Position numbers and translations under genes: made by a program. Under the pieces are notes generated by a model. The model made no database searches. It had not been told where the DNA came from and was given only the letters and a program-made list of their open reading frames with translations. From Eledone cirrhosa (lineage: Eukaryota): DNA of 64,000 bases. Positions 51,910 through 64,000 of this stretch are shown here, piece by piece; position 1 is the first letter of the stretch, and the number at the start of each line of letters is the position of its first letter. Location: positions 60,512,001-60,576,000 of the forward strand of contig OZ024745.1 in the NCBI GenBank assembly GCA_964016885.1, read 5' to 3'.

Positions 51910-53335
51910 ATATACCAAACTGTATCTCATCTATTTGACTCTTTCCCTAATTAGCTGTGCTATAACTCTGTCTGTCACTTTCATAACTTGGTCCATTAGT
52001 TTTATACCTTTGTAGTTGTTCCTTTCTAGAGCATCACCTTTGCCCCTGTAACAATTTATTATTGTACTGCTGCTCCAATCATTGGGTGTGACTCCATCTT
52101 GTATTACTTGGTTTACTATTGGGTTACTATTTTGACTTCTACCTCTCCTTATGCATTTAGCATCTTAGCAACTATTTCTGATGGTCCTGTAGTTTTACCA
52201 TTCTTTATCTTCTTGATTGCATCTTTGACTCTAAAACTATCAACTTCAATAGCCGGTCCTTCCTTCAGGTAAGTTGGAGGTAGTCTCTCTTCCTCCCATT
52301 CATTCTCTACATTCATCAATCTCTCATAGTAACATTTCCAGACTTCTTTCTTTTGGGCCTCAGTGGTGCTAATTGCACCAGAGTCAATTCTAACACATTT
52401 TCCCCCAACATCTCAATTCACACTAACACACTGCTTTGCAATACGAAACACTTCATGCTTCAGATAGTCACACCTCAAAACATTGGCAAATTTACTTTCT
52501 TCAGCTTCTCTCCGAGCTGTGTATACCTGTTGCCTGGCTTCTTTCTTCACTACTTGGTACTGGTCTCTGCTGCCCCCATTTTTCTAGTCTTTCCCTGCCT
52601 GTCTCTTGGCTTTAATGACTGTATCTACTGTGCTGTTCCACCACCAGGTTACCATCTGCTTGGCTGGTGCTTTACTCAAGCTGCAAGTCTCACCAGTAGT
52701 TTGCAAAAGGTTGTCACATAAGAATTTCCAGTTGTCCTCTACATTATATGTGTCTAGCTCATTATCCCTCTCATCAAGTGCATCCTGTATAACCTTTCTA
52801 AACCTATATTTAACTGAGAGGTCCTTTGGCTTCCACACCTTCCATCTCCATATTTTCCTGTGTGGCATGTTCTGTCTTTTGTTTATTTTGATGTCACTAA
52901 TAACTTGTGCTGGGCAGTGCATTCTTCCCATGGATGGCCATTGTATTTATTACAGTCCGTTTGTCTTGTTGTCTAACAAGTAAGTAATCAATTTGGCTTG
53001 TGTGCTCACCTGATTCATATGAAATCAGATTGTTGGCTGGTTTCCTGGAATTTGTGTTGCAGATGGTTAGTTCATTTACATCACAGAATTCCAGGAGTCT
53101 CAGTCCCTTTTCATTCCTTGAGCCATTAACCATAGCTGCCATGAACTCCACTGAATCCACTGTCCATGGTACTGTCCCACATGTCCATTAAAGTCACCTG
53201 CCAGGATGATGAGGTCCCTTTCATCAATGCCTGAAGTGGTCTGTAAAAGTTCCACATAAAACCTGTCTTTTTGTTCTTTTCCCAGTCCTGCCTGCAGACC
53301 ATAGATAGATGTAATTGTCACCAGTCTATTTCCTA
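51910..53335 (-). mobile_element. Degenerate RTE LINE (APE to RT N-terminus)
   Basis: LAGDFNGHVG, SQIDYLLV, TWWWN and NYKGIKL fragments. Confidence 0.85.
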
Positions 53336-53339
53336 CAAA

Positions 53340-54191
53340 TATATCAAAGGTATATATTGAGTTAGGAACTCAATTTTATTCACAATTAACATTGCAAAAC
53401 AACACCAAGTTGTCTGGGTGATTGGTAGTTACCACAATTCCGGTTTGTATTTATTTTCTTGATTTTTTCTTAAATTGAGACAAGCAAACCCAATTGTCTA
53501 TAGTTAGTATTCTTTTCACCTTAGTGAATCTGGTCCCTTGCGATTTGAACACATATATGTATATATCTGTGTTCGTTTTTCTTTTATATTCTATATAATA
53601 TACGGCTCGGAAATATCTCTTTCTTAGAGCTATTTTGTTGTAGGAGACTATTTTGAGTTCCTAACTCAACATATACCTTTGATATATTCGGCTCCTTTAA
53701 TTTGTTGAGCTAATTCAAATGTAGAATAAACCTGGCTGCTATTTTTAGTGGTGTAAGTTTGTGAGACACGCTAAGATACCATGTGCGTTATTATATATAG
53801 CACATTATTCAGTGTCTTAATATACTTAGAAGTGTCTATGATACTAATTCATCACCCACTGATGAGCTTGAATTGATAATTCTATTCACAATTAACATTG
53901 CAAAACAACACCAAGATGTCTGGGTGATTGGTAGTTACCACAATTCCGATTTGTATTTATTTTCTTGATTTTTTCTTAAATTGAGACGAGCAATCCCAAT
54001 TGTCTATAGTTAGTATTCTTTTCGCCTTAGCGAATCTGGTCCCTTGCGATTTGAACACATATATGTATATATCTGTGTTCCTTTTTCTTTTATATTCTAT
54101 ATAATATACGGCTGGGAAATATCTCTTTCTTAGAGCTATTTTGTTGTAGGAGACTATTTTGAGTTCCTAACTCAATATACACCTTTGATAT

Positions 54192-54192
<1 letters not shown>
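53340..54192 (+). mobile_element. Tandem ~506-bp hammerhead-containing non-coding element (retrozyme/pLTR-like)
   Basis: 53378-53685 repeats at 53884-54192; short inverted 5' end at 53340-53372. Confidence 0.8.
53851..53928 (+). ncRNA. Hammerhead ribozyme with G12A change
   Basis: ATCACCCA-CTGATGA-GC...GC-AAA-ACA...TGT-C-TGGGTGAT; perfect 8-bp stem I. Confidence 0.65.
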
Positions 54193-54230
<38 letters not shown>

Positions 54231-55217
54231 GTTTAAAGTCCATGTTCCACGCTTGCATGAGTTTGGACGGGAGTTTTCCCACTTGAGGCAAGAGTGGTTG
54301 TCTTGCTCGCATAGGACTGTCTGGCGGGTTTTCTACAGTTGGATGCCCTTCCTAACACCAACCACATTTACAGTGTGGGGCTGGGAGGTTTTTACCGTGT
54401 TGCCTACACGGCCACATTACAGCGTGAACTGTGTGTTTTTTTTTGTCGTGACACCTACACGATCTCATTTGTTTCAGCCTGGATTTTGTGGCACCAACAT
54501 AACTTTACATTGAAAGGGGCGGTGTGGATGGGGTGGGGGTGGTGGGACGGGGGTGTATTTTGTTAGAGATGCCTACTGGCTGGAGTAGGTTTTACTTTGT
54601 ATTTAGGTAAGGCGGGTCTTCTCTATTACTGAGTACCGCCAAAGGTCTCGGTCCAGTGACATTGTCTTGGAGAGGTGTAAGTGTGTGAGGTCGGAATTTA
54701 TCAGCTCGTCCCAGGTTTTTCTGGGTCTGCCTACTCCGTGGCTACCATCTATCTTTATTGCCCTGCACTTTGCTATACAGCTGTCGTCTTTCATGCGCAT
54801 CACGTGACCATACCAACGTAGCCTTCTCTCGAGTAAACAACATCTGATCCCTCTTATTTCTAATTTTTTCCTTAGTTCGTTTATGCTTTGCCGTTTGCGT
54901 ATATTACTATTACACATCCAGCGGAGCATGCAAGCTTCGTTCCTCTCTAGTCTGCGTATATCCTCTGCACACAATGCCCAGGTCTCATTGCCATGCAACA
55001 TTGCTGTTCGTATGCAGGCATCATACAACCTGCCTTTCATTTTTAGGGAGAACCCTTTAGCGGCTAATAGTGGTATAAGCTCTCTGAACTTTTTCCATCC
55101 AGTTCTGACTCTAGCTACTGTACTTTCAGAGCACCCTCCCCCACTGCTGATTTTGTCACCCAGGTAACGGAAGCTGTCCACTATTTCTATAGAACCCTCT
55201 GCGAAGTTGAAAGAGCT
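54193..55217 (-). mobile_element. RTE LINE 3' part
   Basis: VDSFRYLGD...RRLRWYGHV and (GAT)n tail. Confidence 0.9.
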
Positions 55218-55261
55218 ATATATATATATATATATATCAAAGGTGTATATTGAGTTAGGTG

Positions 55262-55308
55262 TATTCCGAGCTGAGGATCCGCTCAGGTGAAACAATTGTT
55301 CTCGGTAT
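55262..55308 (+). ncRNA. Minimal type I hammerhead ribozyme
   Basis: CCGAG-CTGAGGA-TCC gctca GGT-GAA-ACAATTGT-T-CTCGG. Confidence 0.8.
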
Positions 55309-55399
55309 GGTGAACTAACTGTTGTGTAATCACTTCTACCTAACTCGTCCCCTGGACTGAGTGCTCTACCACTACGGATATTACGTTCCAGTGTTCCAC

Positions 55400-55456
<57 letters not shown>

Positions 55457-55485
55457 TATATACATATATATATACATATATATAT

Positions 55486-55516
<31 letters not shown>

Positions 55517-55665
55517 TAATTATTTAAAGGTTAAACAAGGTTCAATGAATAAATCAAAGAATGAGTTTTACAAAAGATTGGAAGCACTCAACAGTTATGG
55601 TTTTCTGGAGTTATTAATATTAATTCAAAATACTAACAAAAATAGACATTCGTGTGATCAAGTAT

Positions 55666-55730
55666 ATTTTATTATACATATTTCAGAGGTACTGAGCTAT
55701 CTTCAACAGTACGTCCTCATCAGATAAAAT
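55666..55730 (-). ncRNA. Type I hammerhead ribozyme
   Basis: TTTTAT-CTGATGA-GGAC GTACTG...CAGTAC CTCT-GAA-ATATGTAT-A-ATAAAA. Confidence 0.7.
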
Positions 55731-56073
55731 AAGATGATGCATGACATACCCTGACTTAGTAGATGGTTAAGATTCAGTCATGGTAGTCATGGTACTACCA
55801 TGACTAAATTTTAACCATCTATTAAGTCAGGGTATGTCATGCATGTATGTACTTACGTACACATTTTTTCACTATACACATGCATTTGTACATACATACA
55901 CACATATATACATTTGTAAGTGCATATACACACATTTATACACATACCCTTATATTTCCTTATTTTATTTTTATATATCTCTTGCATTACTCTTATTTAT
56001 ATTTTTTTTTTTTTTTGCCCGTTAAACTTTTGCCTTTCTTGAGGAGATTTTTCAAATATTTCACTATGTTTTA

Positions 56074-56151
56074 AATTGCCTTGTCTGACGAACGAATGAG
56101 GACGTTTTTTGTATTCGTCTTATTCGGGAAACCTCTCGTAATGAGGTAATT
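56074..56151 (+). ncRNA. Type I hammerhead ribozyme
   Basis: AATTGCCTTGT-CTGACGA-A CGAATGAGGACG...CGTCTTATTCG G-GAA-AC ctctc GT-A-ATGAGGTAATT. Confidence 0.78.
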
Positions 56152-56349
56152 ATATTGTATTGTTTATTATACATTAAAATTAGCTCTCTAACTTACATAG
56201 AGCACTCTTCACTCCTATGACTTTTTCAATTTTCAACGGAAAATTCAATACATATATATATATATACATACATATATATACATATATATATATACATATA
56301 TATATACATATATATATATACATATACATATACATATATATACATATAC

Positions 56350-59453
<3,104 letters not shown>

Positions 59454-59480
59454 ATATATATATATATATACATATATATA

Positions 59481-62400
59481 TCATCATCATCATCATCATC
59501 ATCATTTTACATCCGCTTTTCCCTGCTTGCAAGGGTGGGACGGGTCTTATTCAGCACAGCATCTCTCCATTCGTCACGGTCATTCGTCATCTCCACCGTG
59601 AGCTTCAATGATCTGAGGTCTGTTCTCACCACCTCCGCCCATGTTTTCGTGGTCTACCTCTACCACGTCTTCCTTCAACTGGCAATTCCTGGCACTTCTT
59701 CACCCATCAGTCATCCTCCATGCGCATCACATGTCCATACCACCTCAGTCTCCTCTCCTGTACATTACATTCTATCCCTCTCAGACACAGTTTCTCTCTC
59801 AACACATTTATGCTGGGTCGTTCACGTACATTTACACTGCACATCCAATGGAGCATGCTTGCCTCATTTCTCTTAAGCCGTCGCATATCCTCTGCAGTTG
59901 CTGCCCATGTCTCACTACCATGCAGCATCGCGCTCCTCACACAGGCATCATACAACCGGCCTTTCGTACGCAGGGAGAAACCCTTCTTCGTCAACAGAGG
60001 AAGCAGCTCCCTAAACTTCTTCCAACCTGTCCTTATTCTAGATACTATGGCCTCGGAACACCCTCCTCCCATGCTAATCTGATCTCCTAGGTACCGGAAG
60101 CTATCCACCACTTCTATAGCGCCCTCCTGCATTTGAAAAATGTGTCTATCAATGCGACTTCTACTGTCTAATTTCCCTGTATATCTACTGCATACATATT
60201 TCTCCCTACCTGTTAGTTTGCCTGCTATCCCGCTAAATCTCTTGTGTACCCAGGATCTGCATTGTGTGCATTTTATAGAATTTATGCCAGTTCCTTTTCT
60301 GCATATCGAACATGGCCATTTCCCTGACGGAATCAGGGTTTTGTCCTCTTTTCTACTCATCAACACTTTTGTCTTAGCTAGATTCACTCTCAGTCCTCTT
60401 GCTTCCAACTGCTGTTTCCATAGCCAGAATTTATTCTCTAGCTCCTCTACTGATTCTGCTATAAGAACCAGATCGTCAGCATAGAGAAGTTCCCATGGTC
60501 AGCCAGTCTTAAACTCCTCTGTTATGGCTTGGAGGACTATAATGAACAAGAGCGGGCTGAGGACCGAACCCTGATGTACTCCTACTTGTATCTGGAATTC
60601 CTCACTAAACTCCATTTCTACCCTGACTTTACTGAGAGTACCTCTGTACAAAGTTTGCACTGTCTTCACAAGCCATTCCTCAACACTTAGCTTCCTTAGG
60701 GACCACCAGATGACAGATTGGGGTACTCTATCAAAGGCCTTCTCTAGGTCAACAAAGGCCAAGTATAGTGGCTTATTCTTCTCTAAGAACCTCTCTTGCA
60801 ATTGTCTCACAAAGAAGAGGGCATCTGTTGTACTCTTCCCAGGCACAAAACCAAACTGCATCTCATCTAGTTTCACCCTTTCTCTAATTAGTTGTGCTAA
60901 TATCCTTTCTGCCACTTTCATAACCTGATCTATCAGTTTTATACCCCTATAATTGCTCCTTTCCAAAGCATCCCCTTTACCTTTGTAGCAATTTATGAGA
61001 ATACTGCTGCACCAGTCTTTGGGTATGACACCACCATATATAGCCTGATTGATGATGCGTGCAACCAGTTTAGTGCCTATGTCCCCTGATGCCTTCAGCA
61101 TCTCAGCAACTATTCCCGATGGTCCAGCAGCCTTACCATTTTTCATTTCCCTAATCGCCTCTTGGACCCTATATTCGTCAATCTCAATAGCTGGTCCCTC
61201 TGTCAGATCTACCAAGGGTAATTTCTCTCTCTCCCATTTGTTCTCGACATTCATCAGTCTCTCATAATAACATTTCCAGGCCTCCTTTTTCTGATCATTT
61301 ATGAGACTAAGTACACCGGCATCATCCCGGACACATTTATCTCCAACAACATCCTGATTTGCATTGACACACTGCTTTGCAATGTGGAACACCGCACACC
61401 TCTGATCTTCCCATCGCAGAACATTGGCAAACCTCCTTCTCTCTGCCTCCCTGCGTACTAAGTACACCTGACGTCTAGCTTCTCTCTTAGTGGCTGTATA
61501 TTCTTCCCTACTCCCACCCTTTTTCCAAGCCTTCCATGCTAGTCTTTTGTCTCTAATAGCCTTATCTACTGTGCTGTTCCACCACCAGGTCACTCTCTGT
61601 CTGGTTGGAGCTCTGGTCCAGCCACAAGTTTCATCAGTAGCCTGCAGCAAGTTGTCACGTAAGAAATTCTAGTTATTATGTATGTCATACGTCTCTAAAT
61701 CGTCTTTTTTTTCGTCATCTACATCTTGAAGGGCTTTCCTAAATTTGTATTTTAGTGAAAGGTCTTTTAGCTTCCAGACCTTTCTTCTCCACACCTTCCT
61801 GTATGTCTCATTCCATCTCTTGATTACTGAGATATCACTAACGACTAACCTATGCTGTGGGGTACATTCTTCCCCAGGGTATGCCTTGGTATTAGACACT
61901 ATCTGCCTGTCCCGCTGCCTAACTAGTAAGAAGTCAATCTGGCTTATGTGCTCACCAGATTTGTAGGTTATTAGGTGATTGGCAGGTTTCTGGAAGTTTG
62001 TGTTGCAAATAGTCAATGTACCTGCATCACAAAATTCAAGAAGTCTCACTCCTTTTTCATTTCTTGAACCGTAACCGTGCCCACCATGTACCCCAGTGTA
62101 ATCATCCTGGAGCTGTCCAACATGACCATTGAAGTCTCCTGCTAGCATAACGATGTCTCCGTCTTCTGTCATTGCGGTTGTTTGCAAAAGTTGCTCGTAA
62201 AAGCAGTCTTTCTCATCTTTGCCTAGGCCTGCTTGGGGAGCATAGGCCGAGATGATTGTCAGTAGTCTCCTACCTACAACTAATCTAAGCTTAATTATTC
62301 GATTACTAACTCGAACTACCTCTATTGTCTTATTGATCCATTTCTCAGCCAGGAAAATGCCTACTCCCCCTAACCCATCATCCTTACCTACCCAGAATAG

Positions 62401-62790
62401 CTTATAGCTAAGACGTTTGCCTACGACTAGTCTCGCAGAGGCACCTCTCCATCTCACCTCTTGCACGCAGCACACATCCACCTGCCTTCTCTCCAGCATC
62501 TCTGCTATTTCAGCAGATCTACCTCTGAGAGTGCCAACATTAAGTGTTGCAACTCTGAGATGCGACGTCTTCATATTTTGTTGTTGTTCCTATTTGTTGC
62601 TGTGCTGATAAGCGTTTTGGCATTGATACACTGGTTGGATGCCCTTCCTAACACCAGCACTTTGCAGCTTGGACTGGGTGCTTTTATTTGTGCCACCAGC
62701 ACTAGAGAGGATGTCTTACTAGACTCAAGGGCCCTCTCTACCCCTCCATTTTACAGCATGGTCATAAAAAATTAAAAAAAACAAAAAAAA
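59481..62790 (-). mobile_element. RTE LINE, apparently full length, disrupted
   Basis: ORFs 61669-62574 (APE), 60499-61650 and 59707-60408; 5' UTR 62575-62790. Confidence 0.94.
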
Positions 62791-62987
62791 ACATGGATAT
62801 AAAGTAGTGGCCGTATATATATATATATATATATATACCTCCCCATCTCACCTATATATATATATACATAGATATATATATCTATACCTCTCCATCTCAC
62901 CTATATATATATATACATATACATATATATATATACATATATATACATATATATACATATATATATACATATATATATATATATACA

Positions 62988-63322
62988 GGAGGCACATGGC
63001 TTAGTGGTTAGAGCATTGGACTTGCAATCGAAAGGTTATGAGTTCAATTCTCAGACCGGGTGATGTGTTGTTTCGTTGAGCAAGACACTTCATTTCACAT
63101 TGCTCCAGTTTACTCAGCTGTAGAAATGAGATGATAGGGACTGCGGTCCCTATCATTCCACTGCAAAGTGGTCGTGGAGGGGCCACAGCAAAAAAGCACC
63201 CAGCACTCACTGTAAATGAGGTTGGTGTTAGGAATAGCATGCAGCTGTAGAAATCAAGCCAGAATCAGTTCCCGTCCCACCCTTGCAAGCAGGGAAAAAC
63301 CGGACGTAAAATGAAATGATGA
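62988..63322 (+). mobile_element. tRNA/CORE-like SINE, full length
   Basis: GGAGGCACATGGCTTAGTGG...GGACGTAAAATGAAATGATG. Confidence 0.9.
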
Positions 63323-63639
63323 GATATATATATATAGATATATATATATATATCTATATATATATATATATATATATGGTGGCTGCCAACTCGTTTTCGA
63401 GTACGGCCACTACTTTATATCCATGTAGGAGAACCCCTACCGATGCGCTGAACGAGTGTGACTTTTTAGTCCAGCCAGCGACTTGAAAACTCTGGATCAA
63501 ACACTACACCTGTGACAATTACTGACACATAGTGCTGGGCCCATGGTACCATGTGATGACAAGTGTAGAGAGATCTCCAGATATAAAGCAATGCCTGTGC
63601 CGTGAAGCTTTTATAGTGAGCAAAGGCACTGCACAAAGC

Positions 63640-63984
63640 CAGTCCCACTCTCTTAACCAAGATGATATTTACCAAAAAGAAGAACAAGTCAACATCATTG
63701 GATACCATCAGGGTTGCAGGTGTTATATCAGAGTTTTCCTTCTCCTAGATCTGCCTTGACAAAGGCTAAGGGGTCATCTCTCCCGGTGATTTTGGATGGC
63801 CATTGACTCTTAAGAGCTCCTTTGCCCTTTGACAAGTTTTGTTTTTAGTCCTGCAGGATGTCCAAAGTCACGCTCCTCACCAAGAAACCTTGGTGGGGTT
63901 GCCAGTTTAGTCGCCAACGACCCGACCATGGGACAGGTTGTACTGGGATACATGTTACCAGTAGCACCAACTGGTGACCTGACA
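63640..63984 (-). mobile_element. Probable 5' UTR of an RTE-type LINE
   Basis: Minus strand contains GGAGAAGGAAAACTCTGA, a motif I recall from RTE 5' UTRs; starts at a TA tract. Confidence 0.5.
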
Positions 63985-64000
63985 TATATACATATATATA

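Overview
Repeat-rich animal genomic DNA; the dense (TA)n arrays, SINEs with CORE-like or Meta-like central domains and RTE families suggest a cephalopod mollusc (inference). The only clear host gene is an intronless, solitary linker histone H1 (25319-25861, minus) with an AAACACA box and a TATA box. The rest is mostly mobile DNA: many RTE-clade LINEs, two Penelope-like elements (RT + GIY-YIG, Naiad-type), maT/mariner/Tigger fragments, piggyBac-like MITEs, non-autonomous Helitrons, CRE remnants, a near full-length U2 snRNA pseudogene, and a local segmental duplication. The most notable unannotated structure is about 11 sequence-unrelated type I hammerhead-ribozyme folds that I parsed by eye, several in two copies. 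They include a U3-A8 covariant core and very long stem II variants, and lie in short, often fold-back modules inside (TA)n tracts. Short 'echo' copies of element junctions also recur in other TA tracts. All RNA folds are manual predictions, and coordinates of repeats are approximate.
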